DNA from: Kudoa neothunni
Lineage: Eukaryota > Animalia > Cnidaria
Assembly: GCA_964304625.1 (NCBI GenBank)
Contig: OZ199839.1
Location: forward strand, 1-64,000
DNA length: 64,000 bases
Reading direction: 5' to 3'
In this document: piece after piece, positions 24,950 to 45,106 of the stretch
Layout: each line of letters opens with the position of its first letter
Numbering within the stretch: the stretch's first letter is position 1
Notes under the pieces: generated by a model
Databases searched by the model: none
Seen by the model: only the letters and a program-made list of their open reading frames with translations
What the model was told of the DNA's origin: nothing
Program-made: the position numbers and the translations under genes

Positions 24950-27900
24950 TTATCTCGAGTTGAATCTACGAAGGGTGTCAACATAACCTTCAATTCCACT
25001 TCTGTAAATAGAAACCGATCCATTTTTACATAGCCACAATTCGTTAGTGGCTTTTCTGATGAGGAATTCGTTGTGGGAAACCAAAATAACACCACCTTGA
25101 AAAGTTTGGATGGCTTTTGATAAAGCTTCAACAGTTTCAATATCCAAATGATTTGTAGGTTCGTCCAACACAAGTAGATTCGGTTTGGACATGGCCAGAA
25201 TAGCAAGTGCAGCTCGACTTTTTTGGCCCCCCGACAAAGTAAGCACCGGTCTAGTTGCAATATCGCCAGTAAGTCCAAAACTAGACAAATGCCCCCGGCA
25301 TTCACCTTCACTCACATCTAATTAATTATACGCAATTATACGTTGGATCCAATAAATCTTTTCCAATCAATATATCTTACTGGGGAACTTCAAATGTAGT
25401 ATTTCTAGCGCAGACTGTGACATGTTCAATTGTTCTACATGATGTTGTGAGAAATAGCCAATGTGTGCGTTGCTAAACGCAGAATATAGCTAACTAGATC
25501 AGCTGGGATTCATCTACCGATTAAGTGTTCGAAAGCCATTAGTAGGTTCAAGAATGCCGGCAACTATTTTGAGCAACGTGGTCTTGCCAGAGCCGTTATC
25601 ACCCACAATGGTAATTTTGGACCCATAGGAAGCCGACAGATTTACTTTATCGATTATCATCTTGTTGTTTGCGTAGTCAAAGGACACCTACTCGAATGTA
25701 TGAGAATCAAATACATACACACCCATTAACGAAACCAACCTCATCTAATTTAATGAGGGTGCCCCCAACACGCTCACAATCAGCAAATCTAGTCACAGCA
25801 TATGTTAATTATTTATTCTCATCCAAAATAAATAATACTTAATAACAACGGGAGGTTCTTCTTCAACAGCCTGCAATTGAGGTCTAAAATCAAATTATTT
25901 ATTTGTTATTACTAGATATAAAAATGTAGTTTCAGAAGATTTACAATTTTTCGAGAATTTTTATTTTGCTCTGAGCTTGGGATGCTCTGTTAGCATTCGC
26001 ACGAAATCTATCAATGAACGTCTACGACAAAGTAAGTAATGTTTGTAAACATTCATATTCAAAGTTTTAACTTGAAGATGTTCTCTGTAAGCCATCTGAG
26101 ATTCATATTCTCGTTGTTGGTGGAGTTGTTTCTCATTTTTCGTTTTCTCAAATGTCTAATTCAAAATGTTATAATAATAAAATTAACTTTGAGGATTACA
26201 GAGTAATTTCCACGATATGGAATAAGTTGATAGTTGGTAAGATGAATGATATCAGTTGCTATAGAGTCCAAAAAGACCTTGTCGTGGGAAACAATAAGAA
26301 TAGTTTTGGACCAATTCTGAAATAAACCATATTATAATACCAACCAATGATTCATTTCAATTAGAACATGGTTGTTAATAATAAATAATTGAATCAACAT
26401 TAATAAATAAGGAAAAATTAGACCATTCAAGATATGTTTTGTAGGGAAAACAGAGATAAAAGTCTAATTTAATGGAGAAGAATCCAGTCTACCTCAAGAT
26501 ACTGTTGAAGCCACATAATGGCCTTGAGATCTAACATATTAGTGGGGTTCATCAAGTAGAAGAAGGTCAGGTTTAAGGAAGAGAGCTCTCGCAAGAGCCA
26601 GCCTCATTCTCCAACCTCCAGAAAAATTCCTAAAATCATCAATCAAAACAGGAATATTTTATATTAATAACCTGGTAGGTTGAGATTGCATTTCTGTGGA
26701 GAAACCCAATCCATATAAAATGGAGCAAACTCTAGAGGTAAATTTTAATTCTAAATTTATGGCAAAATGTTAAAATTACAATGATTCAAATTCGGAAGCT
26801 CCAATAGCATCCAATTCATTATAAATCTATAAAATCAACTATCAATTGTAATAAACTTTAATTTGGTACGTTGGCGAGTTGTTCGTTAAGCTCGGTAGTG
26901 TCTTTGCCATCTCTAAACAGAAAATGTTTAAATTTTCAACGAACTTTGAACTACTTTTCAAACAAAGCCAGTTGTTCGTTAATAAGAGTCTCTTGATTGA
27001 GAAGGTCATTTCTAACAGTGTGAGCATTCAATACACTATCCACTATGTTCGTGTCATCTCCATTAACCTAATTATTGGTACACTTAACAAAACAATAAAC
27101 AATTTAAATGTACCTCCTGTTCAACATGAAGCACAGATATATGACTTTGAATAGCGATATCTCTGTTGGCGAGTGCTCTCAAAAAAGTTGTTTTCCCGTA
27201 TCCATTTCTACCCACAATACCATAGCGACGTCCAGCCGATAGTACAATCGATGCATTTTTAAGTAAAACCCTACTACCATAGGATAGATCAAATTCTTGG
27301 ATATTTATATCATATGAGTTGGTATTATCGGGGCGGTTGGAAGCTTGAGTGGCAGTGAATTGTTGTAATCTATAAAGGAAACGTCAGTCAGTCAGTCAGT
27401 CAGACGATTCATTTTTATTAAATACTCGTCGTTGGGATCAATTTTATGCCGTTTGTTCATTTTTTGTTTCAGTTTTTTCTCCGCTTTTGCCAATTTCTTT
27501 TTATCCACGTTCTACAAAAATAAAATTTGTTTATACATATAAAAATTTAGATTGGTTCAATTACAAGGTTTCTGTTGAAAAATTCGGTTGATATGGCATC
27601 ACTTGAGACATTTTTATCTTTTAAACAAATAAATTAATGTTACACCAACCAAAACATAATACCCAATCGCTTGGAGAAAGCTTGCATATCAATGGGAGAA
27701 TTCAATATTTCTGTTTTGGCGTTATTTTTTTCGCCATGTCTGAATTTACACTCAAACAAAATAAATAACTGTTATAAAATTACTCGTGCAACAAGTGGTA
27801 CACTTGCATACATATTTGCTCAATTCTCTCCGTATCCATTTGGGGTAACGCTTCTCGAATAAAATCTCCAATACCACAATTTATTTCGTCACAATCAATT

Positions 27901-28035
27901 GATATATCTTCAAGTATACCTTCAAAAAATAAAATGTCATATCATTGGCGATGGGGAAATACTTTTAAAGTAATTAATCACTATATCATCAAATAGCGGT
28001 GATACATCTTTCAAAACTTGTAAACATTGTTCCAT
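24950..28035 (-). CDS. ABCF3: ATP-binding cassette subfamily F member 3 (GCN20-like), 19 exons
   Basis: Exons 27963-28035, 27784-27919, 27663-27739, 27565-27617, 27426-27511, 27114-27369, 26955-27067, 26870-26912, 26780-26826, 26672-26731, 26493-26629, 26200-26316, 26072-26155, 25945-26021, 25839-25883, 25740-25788, 25518-25687, 25381-25472, 24950-25317. Motifs [49 protein letters not shown]. One extra base at 26544-26547. Confidence 0.92.
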
Positions 28036-28069
28036 TTTGAGGTGAAATATTTTATTTTTTATATTTCTG

Positions 28070-29877
28070 ATGGTAAATGTCTTGGGATGTTATTAGATAA
28101 TATATTTTACTAGCTCTTGGTTATGTGGTGAGAGCTGCGCGGGCATGACACGTTAAGTTTATACAGTGGATATTACTACGTATCCGTATAATCCGCATGT
28201 GCGGTTGTCAATTACTAGGGGAGAGGATAACTCCAAATCTAAAAACGCGTATAAAAATTTGAAATTCATATTTGTAATTAGTGATTTTTTACCTAACATA
28301 ATTAATGGTTTCGGAGAAAATTTGAGCAATGGAAATGTCTATTCTATTATTCTGGTTATAAATTTTCTATTTTATTCTGGCGATCCTAAGCAGAACCTTA
28401 TCGAGCATGGTTCGAATAATCACAATTATACTATGTATATTGTAAATGGAATACATTCAATAATTGTAAAAAATTTAAAAATAAATTTTACTAATTATCC
28501 GTCCCTTCTATTTGGAATTTTGAATAATAAAATTTCCCAATTTGCCAAAAGTCCTGTTAGGATTACGAACGACCCCTCGTCTACTATAACCTCTCCTCAT
28601 TAGGTTATTGGCTCTTATTTAAATATTTTATTATCCAGTTATAGAACATTCTATCAGATAGGGAACTAGCATCCAATTTTAAGACACATGAAAGCTCAGA
28701 TAAAAGGATAATAAATTCCTACAATCTTACCAACAGCTTTCCCACTCCATCGAAGGTGGTTAACGTCGCTCAATTTAACAACTCTCACAAACAGTTTGGA
28801 AAGGAGTTGGTTGAAAGTGACTACACAATGTTTCTAAAGGCAATCTCGGGGAAATTATTTAATAAATCTTGTTTCATCATTTTTAAAAAAAATTCGAACT
28901 TTGATAATTTTAATCTTTTTATATTTAGATGTTCAAGAATCTCGTTCATTACAACCTCCACAGCCTAATAATCAAATTATTCAAGGTAGTTTATGACCAA
29001 CTATAATAATAATAATAGTTTAGTTTATAATAATAGTTTGTAATAAATATAACGTAAATAAAAGATTTTTAATTTGTTTGTTGAAAATTTAATTTCATTC
29101 TTAATTGATACCAGCGAACAACGAAGTACAACCGCAAAATATAACAAATCGAGATATCTAATATATATTAATTATAAAATATGTGTAGAACCGAAAAACC
29201 CCCGTAGTGAAACCGCCGCCAGTAGCACTCGACAACAATAAAATCAATAAAAATATACAATAATGTAAATAATTATTCAAAACTATTAACTTCTTCTTTA
29301 ATAATTTTGAATATTATACTAAATTGATGATTATTTTATATTGTTTTTAGAACCAAATAATCCTGCATTGTCGCCAAAAAAGAAACAAAGTATTTAAAGA
29401 ATCTATTTAAAAATGAATATATTATTCCAACTAATATTTTAATAATTTTTATGCTAAATAAATTTAATAATATTATTGAGAAGTTGTTAAAATGCGCAAT
29501 TTATAATTTTTAAAACCGAGTAATCCTTCAATAAAACCACCTCCAAGATCATTAAAGGAAACACAAAGTAAAGGTATAGAGTTTTTTATTATACTAAATT
29601 TTCTTGAAAATATAATACGACAAATTTTTGGTTATACATTATTATAGATAATGACAACTCCTCGAAGAACAAAAGGTACCAAATTATCGTGTAATATAAT
29701 TAATAATTTGTAGTGGGAATCAAATGGTCACTATGTATTTTTAATCGAATAAGATAATGTTGATAATTCTTTTTGACCAATCTTTCAGCGGTGGGTGTAG
29801 GCTGTTTTGTTCTACTCGTAAGTTTGGGTGGTTTTTTATACAAAAGAAGAAAATGGATGTTGAAGGCTCAACTTTAG
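28070..29877 (+). pseudogene. Type I membrane protein (pseudo)gene with micro-exon Pro/Asn/Thr stalk; ectodomain possibly NTPDase N-lobe-related
   Basis: Exons ~28097-28127, 28167-28603, 28645-28870, 28929-28985, 29115-29153, 29351-29389, 29514-29573, 29648-29675, 29714-29734, 29789-29877. Ends VGIKWSLSVGVGCFVLLVSLGGFLYKRRK. In-frame TAG at 28601, AT donor at 29154, AA acceptor at 29512-13. Confidence 0.6.
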
Positions 29878-30099
29878 TTTTTACACATTAAAATATTTAT
29901 TTTTTATTTATGATAAGAACATTATGATTATATAGAAATGTAAAACCTTTTTTATTCATTTTTTTCTGCTGGAAGTTTTCAATGTTTTGGCTAACCATAA
30001 AATATATATCGTAGCATTAAATGCATTACATGGATCCGTCTAATCCTCCCCTTAGGCACTTGTTATTGACAAAAATGTTGATTTCTACATTATTAAAAA

Positions 30100-31060
30100 C
30101 TTTATTCAAAAAATAATTGCATAATTTTGATTTAGAAATTTTTTCCTAAAAGATCACAAACATTTGGTAACAGAATATTCTATGTCTACTTAATCGAACT
30201 AACAAAATTTACCGATAACCTCAATATTTTAAATAAAATGTTTAATAAGGTTTCAGAACTAAACATTAATATTTTCCGTCAATTTTTATTATTACCATCG
30301 TCTGATTTAAAGAATTATTGATGCCTTGGAGAAACTCAAGCACTACACACAGAAGCGCCTCCTTCCGTGAGATTCTGGACTAGACTTGCAAATTTCGGGG
30401 TCTTTATTTAAAAAACATTGTTATATTATTCACTCTCAGATTATTTTAAAAAGTAATTAACATTATTAGATTAACTTTGCGCTCTGCTTGGGCATATTTA
30501 CGAATTCTCTTATCAATAATTAATAAACATTTTTATCAAAAATAAATGTATTTTTTCATTTGTTGGTCCTGTTTTTATAAACCATCTGCATCCAGGTCCA
30601 TCATATCATTCGAAGTAAGTGGAAGAAAACACAGCTCCTAGATTATTTGGAAGTCGGTGAGCAAATCGAAATGCATTTGGAGTACCCGAAGAAAGATCAT
30701 CATAGTCGTCACTGTTATGGTATTTCACATTTTAACATAAATATTTGGCGAAAAATCGAACTGTTATCAAAATTTGTTTACCCCCGAAAATCCCGAATTT
30801 GTATAATTGTTCGGGATTTGGGACTAGCTAGTCCCGTAATTTGCAAGTGTATTCCGAACAATGAGGCGTCGATTTTCGTATAAACTTTACAGACTTTATT
30901 TGACCACACAAATTTTTTTAACAAAATACAACATTCATTGCGATATTATTAACGCCATTTCTCGATTATTCTGAAAAAATAATCTACGATATTTGGTATC
31001 CCCTATCATTTTGGAACTCAGGCAAAATTTACCATTAATGTCTACCAATTATGAAAACTG
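30100..31060 (-). pseudogene. MULE/Mutator transposase relic
   Basis: Minus-strand CVFFHLLRMI*W resembles the MULE CxFHxxQxxWR motif and follows a DxxxxxxNAF-like segment. Many stops. Confidence 0.4.
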
Positions 31061-31514
31061 TCATAAACGTTTTTATATGTTGTTTGAGCAATCACAAGAT
31101 TTCTAAAATACCTATGATAAAAAAAGTCGATTTTAATTTTTTTATTCAATACGAAAATAACAACCGAGAGAAATAATAAAATAAGAAGTTAAAACTACCA
31201 GCGTTATTGCTCATTGCTTATTGCCATTACGGACTATTGCACTCAAAATTTTTAGTCTAACTCTATAACTGGAAAATAGGTTAGAATGTTATATTTTATT
31301 TACTTTTGCTTGTTTCACCTTAATAAAAGTTTTTCTGGAAAATAATTCAGTTAAAATACAATTATTGATTATCATGTACACATTACTATATAATAATGTG
31401 ATTAATGCATCCTAGCATTTTTTTTTAATTAAATAATCGAATATAGTGGAGTTAGAACAAAAATCAATACACCTTATGATACCAAATAGAATATTTAAAG
31501 TCAAAGTTGACAAT

Positions 31515-38689
<7,175 letters not shown>

Positions 38690-39299
38690 ATTGCGAACTG
38701 TATGTAGTAGCGCTTGCGCACAAGCATTTTAATTCAACATGTGTTTTTTCAACCCAACCCTACTAATGGGATACTAAATTTTGAACGAAATTTGTTCGAT
38801 TTTGTTACAAAATTTACATCCGTATAAATCCATGCTTTAACTTAATAACAATTGGTTTCTCAGAGTGGTGGGGTAGTGCGTTGCATTAAAAAACAAAAAT
38901 TCATTCGCGTATTTTCCTCAGTTTTTCTTCCTTTAAAAAATTTATTTCTCCAAAAAAATTACGTGGTGATGAAAACCTTATGAAAAATATAGTTGATAAA
39001 GGCATATTCTAAATGACTCCAAAACATTGATCGTGAAAGTGTGTTGTTCACGTTAACCTCCTCAATGGTTACTTTTTATAGGAAAGAATATCGTTTCTAA
39101 AACATACGGTAAAAGTATTTGGATATAAATTTAATCCTCTCACGAATTTGGGGAAATTTTTACCCCAACTAGAAGATATTAGTTGTACACGTGATTTGTT
39201 TGCTCTTCATAGGACACGAATTTTTTTCTAATCTTCCAAAAAGCTAAGCAACATACGATTCTAAAATATCATGATCAACAATAAAAAAGTCGGAAAAAA

Positions 39300-40360
39300 T
39301 TGGACAAGTTTACACTCCTCCTATGAATTTTTGGAAGAAAAATTACCTCAGATTGTTTTCGCATCAATTGATAGATAAAATAATAATTGTTGCTTAATTC
39401 AAATTTTAACTTCATCCTGATCGATAAATTTGTAGTTATATGATTATTACCTATATTTGGTGATCACGTGACTTCTTTTTTTTATTTTAACGTTGCGATA
39501 ATTTAGATCGATTTCACCAATATTAATTAAAATGATGAATAAAATTCTTTCGACGTGATTATGAATACTTTACAACTGATATATTATAAGAATATGACGA
39601 TATTGAAAATTGTGAGAATTTGGATCAATTCATAATCAGTCATCAGTAATGATGACCTATGCTATGGCGGTATTTTTCCATTTAATGGATTTATTATTTA
39701 TAGATGCGTTCACAATATAGAAAAAAACTTATGAGACAATATGGTTATGAGAAAGTTTTTCAAAATATGGCAAAGTTACTATATCTTTCCATTAATGGAA
39801 CGAAACATCCTTGAATCTCAAAATCATAAGAGTTCGACCTTATCTATTCTGTTATAACTCAACACATCAAACGAATGAACAATATTTTCAAGGTTTTTCC
39901 GGAAAATTGATAAGAAACTCGCTACTGCTTGTTTCAGGTGTACGTAACTGTCGCAAAATTCATTTTGAATATTTGCGAATCTTATTCTCATTAAATGTTC
40001 TATTTTGATGCGCAAATATTAATTAAAATATTTAGCACACGATATAAATGGGAAATCTACTCAAACATTAGGCTTTAACCAAAAATTGTTATTGCGGATT
40101 TTAACGAATACAATTTTCGTAGAATTATGAGGATTACTGCTCGGATGTTAGTTATTTTACAGCTGAATCTAGCTACGGTAGTATGCCTATTTTTATTTTC
40201 TGAAATCGAATATTTTCTACGGTTCGAATGGAGGAATAAAAACTGGGATAATTTTATAAAAAAAGTTCATCGGAATGCAGTCGACTTTTAGTACATTAGA
40301 GGATTACGACAGAGATTATTGGCGCGGTAAATTTTAGGATTGTGTCTTTTTCCAAAAGAA
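39300..40360 (+). pseudogene. Possible MULE transposase relic
   Basis: RCVHNIEKNL (CxxH-like) and ITQHIKRMNNIFK (TNxxESxN-like) remnants, heavily decayed. Confidence 0.25.
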
Positions 40361-42922
40361 TGAAACCTGCGCGAGGATTATAAGATTATAAGATTATAAA
40401 ATTAATTTTATTTCCGTTAATTTTGTATGATGTAAAGCCAATAACTTTAATAACAATTTTTCAAACAAAATGATTAAATTTTTTCAAACATACCCCATAG
40501 ATATCAAGACGATATTTTTCAAATCAAAAATAATTATTCATTGCGTTGGGTCTACATGTCGTTTCTATCCCTTTCGTAATGGAATAAAGTTGAATTCATT
40601 GTTTATAGCGGATTTTTCATGCTAATAGAAACAAGGTTATTAATATTGCTGTGAGGAGGTGTTCAGCTCATTAAATAATTTTCTACAATCACTTCCATTA
40701 AATTAGTTAATGTATGCAATAATCTATCTGTCATCTCTTTTTTGTAGTTATTATTTTCATAAATTCCGATTACATTATAAGTTCGATTCATTATCTTCTT
40801 CAATGTACACGTACACGTACACGTTCGGGTTAGTTGATACATTGACATATTCAGATGCAACATTATGTTCTGAAACGGTTGAATCATTGTTTATAACCCA
40901 TACGAGAATCATAAGTGTTTCTAATATGAGCACAGATAGTTTTACCAATCTTAGTAGGTGGTTGCGCGGTATTTGGTGCAAAATAAAGGACGTTCGCAAA
41001 ACATTGCTTCCACACTTATGATAACCATCACATAGTTAAACTTAAATGAACGAAAAAATTTAATTTTGACGTCAATGGTATTATGAGTCTATAAGAGTTA
41101 GGGGTATCTAAAAACATTTTCTGTTGTAAGAAAAAGTGCCTATTATTACATCAGCATCATCAGCCATCTTGTCGGATCTCATCGATAACTTGTTTTCCTT
41201 AATAGTGAAATCGTCTTCCAAAATGTTTTTTGACTCAATTAAATTTGAATAATAAAGTAAATGTTATTTATAATCAATAGCTTATTTAAAAATCTCATAT
41301 TGAATTCAATTCTTTCTAAGTTGTATCATTTGTCTTTAAAAGTTAAAATAGGTAGTATATAATATTTTTGCAGTAAAATAAAATATAAAAAGATAGTACG
41401 ATTGATTAAAATTTTGTTATTCGCTTAATAACATACAAAACTAATGGAAATAAAATTAATCTTATAACCCTGCGCGCGCGTCGTTGTGTGAAAGGGGGTT
41501 AAAAAACCTCAAAATCGAGAAAAACACTACTTTAAAATACAACCAAAAAATATAATCGTATCTATGAAAGTTTAGAATTTTCCAATTCAATAACTACGTT
41601 TTTAGAGATTAAATTTAAATTTATTGTCGTTTAATTGCGATGTTTTGGCGCGAACACTCACTTATATTTAATCTCTCATGTAGATCAATACACTCATAAT
41701 TAATCACTTCATAATTCAAAATATATTTTGAAATAACGTTTAAATTTTTTAATAATGTGCGATAATGTTTACTAGGTAATTATGTAATCGTGTAATGTTA
41801 AACTATCTAATGTGCTGTCATTTAATATCGCAAATGTTTAAACCCTGCATGACATTGGTTCCCGCATCCCTAAGGGTGGGAACTGTGGGCTTGGGGGAGC
41901 AACATTCGATCACAGTTGAAAATAATTTTTGAGAAATTTTGAGTCGGCTACACCTTATCGTATGCAAGCGCGTGCGAGTCCAATTTTAGTTGGGAAGCGC
42001 TACTGCATGATATAATCTGAATAGGATACGTCATTATAAATATAAATATTAATGCCGTACATACAAAAATTGTGTTATTCTTTAATGTTTACAGGTTCTC
42101 AATAAAAACCCAAAATTTCGGATTAAATGAAAAAAACCCAAGCCCTGGTGGAAGGGGACGCCATCAAATTTTAGTGCTACACAGCGTGTGTGAGTAATGA
42201 GTAGGCGGTTGGAATTTTTAATCTTCGCTACTGTTACTCACAAGTTGTATATAAAATCAATTTTCTCACAATCCGCTATATTTAGTTATTTTTTATTTCT
42301 TAGATTTTATCGGCGGGCCAAAAATGAATATAGTCAAAACTAGCGATACTTTAATGTTATTTAACAATCAAATATCCACATTTTTAATTTAAACATTTTC
42401 CGTGTTATTATCTTCCAGTTGACAAATTAAACATATTTATATTTGTTATCAATAAGAAAATGGCTATATGGCTGGTAAATAACATTCATTTAGCACTAAT
42501 TTTGACTATATTTCTTTCTTGTCAGCCGTTTCGTTCATAGGGCCTAAAAATAATTAAACATCGCAAATTCTAAAATAAGAATTCTATATCAAGTTTATAA
42601 ATAGGAGTTTCAAGAATTAAAAATAATCAATACTCATGCGTATCGTATATGCTGCTTAGGACCACAGTTTATTTTGCCAATAACATCTGCCTACTTTCGG
42701 ATAAATCGTCCTTCGAGAGTTTATTCATTAAGATACTGCAATTTAGAATTAATTCCTAGTTTCCAATTACATATTAAAAACAAGATTTTATTTAATGACT
42801 TAATTAAATTTGAAATACGATAGGAAATCGATTTTTCATACACTTTAATTTCTTGATGCTCATTTACTCCGAAAGTTTCTGCAAAAGAAAGAATTTGATG
42901 ACAGAATACCATATTAAAATTT

Positions 42923-44700
42923 GACACTGGCTATAGCAATGGATCTGTTTAATCCACGTGTGAGGGTGAGGGTGCGAGGGTGCGAGGATTGGTTATTAAA
43001 ATGGATGAGAATATCTACCAATATAACGCTTAAATCAAACTTTTAATTTTAGAAATACTTATAACAATTAATTACTTATTAATAAATAAATCTGTTGACT
43101 TTTTATCTCTAAATTGGTCGATTATTCATAAATATAGTTGTAGTTTACTTAATGAATTGATATCTGTGTTTATTACTGAATAACACTGGTTACAAATATT
43201 GTAATTTTTATAAGAAACTATGGGAAACGGTGCATTTACTAGGAGAATTAGCGCACATGCTAAAAATACTCTATTGCGCTACATTGTGTATCTGCTCATT
43301 CTATCATGTTCTCGATCAAATGTGCGTTAAAAACGAGCAGTAATATTTTTCTCAGTTATTTTATTATGCACGTGGATACAACTGCTTTTGAGATCAAATA
43401 AATATGATTTTTAATCTGTTTTCCTATTTTATAAAAATGGAGAACAATCATCATACGGGGGTATATATTTTATAAAATATGATTTTATTATTTGTATGTT
43501 TTATTTGAATTTAAACCGCCCTACTGTTCATATTATAGAGGAGAATTTTAAATCTATATAAAATTAATAAAAAATTCCGCATGATTATTTAACAATTGAA
43601 ATTATCGTCGATTTTACTATCATCTATCTGTTGATCATTTTATTTATCATACAAGTCTTTAGACAAGTCATTATTAAGTGACTTGGTTGAGGATGCTTCA
43701 GAAATTTCATTCACTCCTGCATTTTGATTTGCTTAACGTTTGATATCTAATATTTATTTGAGAGAAAAATACTTATATTTATACCATTTCTTCTTTCATT
43801 TAGCTCGTTATTTTATACTTGATTATCGTATTTCGAATTGTTCTCGATGATATCGCTTTTTACTTGAAGTTAGTTACATCATTTTAAATGAATATTAAAT
43901 AACAATATTTAATAATTTTTCTGGTTTCAAAACAATATTATCTTTAACATAGCTCCAATTCTCTTAATAGCAATTATTAATTTAAGGATATATTCACTGC
44001 AATATTCTACAGATGTTGGCTTGTAAAGACTAATGCATTTTATAAGCGCTTTGAATAGGGTTTAAATTTATCTTTCGACGTTTCTTGTGATTTCGCATTG
44101 TGACTAGATTTAGCATTATTTTTTGATGGAAAACTATCCTGTACATATCCGTTGACAGAAAATATCTTTTTTTAAATAAATTAAATGGTAGTGTTTCAAA
44201 TCACTGACATTAATGTTAAAACGATTAATGATGATCTTTATTGATGAAGCCTATTATAAAAATTACGACCAACAATTAAATGTAAGATTGATTATTTTAA
44301 TTGAAATATTATCGTAGAATAATTGGTGCACAATTATTGTTGCAAACAAACCACATTAACGCAAGCTTATTTGTTCTTAATTAGCGTATGGAGTATATCG
44401 ATAATTCATGTTACATAAAATCAACATAATGAGATCTAAAAACCAATTATATATTAAATAAAAAATGAATCTATCGAAGAAAAACATTAAACAATATTTG
44501 TATATTTGGACAATTTATACGTAAAAAGCCAACTGATTTATTTTCTTTGGAAAATGTTATTATTAATACTTAATTAATTGTTATAAGTATTTATAAAATT
44601 AAAAGTTCGATTTAAGCGTTATATTGGTAGATATTCTCATCCATTTTAATAATCAGTCCTCACACGGGAATTAAACGGACCCCTTGCAATAGCTACTGCC
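42923..44700. mobile_element. Long-TIR (~140 bp) non-autonomous DNA element, superfamily uncertain (Merlin/Mutator-like)
   Basis: 42923-43085 is the reverse complement of 44560-44700 (ttattaaaatggatgagaatatctaccaatataacgcttaaatc...). No clear TSD. Confidence 0.75.
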
Positions 44701-45106
44701 TTTTTTAAAGGCATTTTTCCTGTTAGGTGTAAATTCTCATACGACTTAGCAGATTTGGGGAAAACTCTTCAAGTTTGAATGCATGATTACCAGTTTATAT
44801 TAGAACATATTAACAAAGGTATATTTTAAATATGAAACCTTTGGCATTCAGCATCAAGATCACACACGCTGTAATGTTGTTAATATGTAAATTTATCAGA
44901 TATGGTAGTTAATTCTTATTCTATTGTTAATAGTTAAATTAAATACTTTTTTAGAAAATTATAATGACAAAATTTTCTAAAAATTACGAAAAGATTTAAA
45001 TAACAATGGGACTTGGGTTTATAGGCGAGAAACGTTAGGAACATTGTTTCAGTTTGTTTGCGATCGTGTCACTTTAAACGTATTAATTGAGCGAAAGCAT
45101 TCTGAA

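Noticed and set aside
29154-29188. U12-type AT-AC intron
   Set aside because: The donor is ATATCTAA rather than ATATCCTT, the acceptor is AG, and there is no TCCTTAAC branch point. A mutated GT explains it better.
40663-41230. Overlapping ORFs and an NVLY..P..NHLL segment like copia Pol
   Set aside because: Needs frameshifts and has no other copia domains or LTRs.
41857-41885. GC-rich hairpin gttcccgcatccctaagggtgggaac as an ncRNA
   Set aside because: No recognisable RNA family features; probably transposon subterminal sequence.
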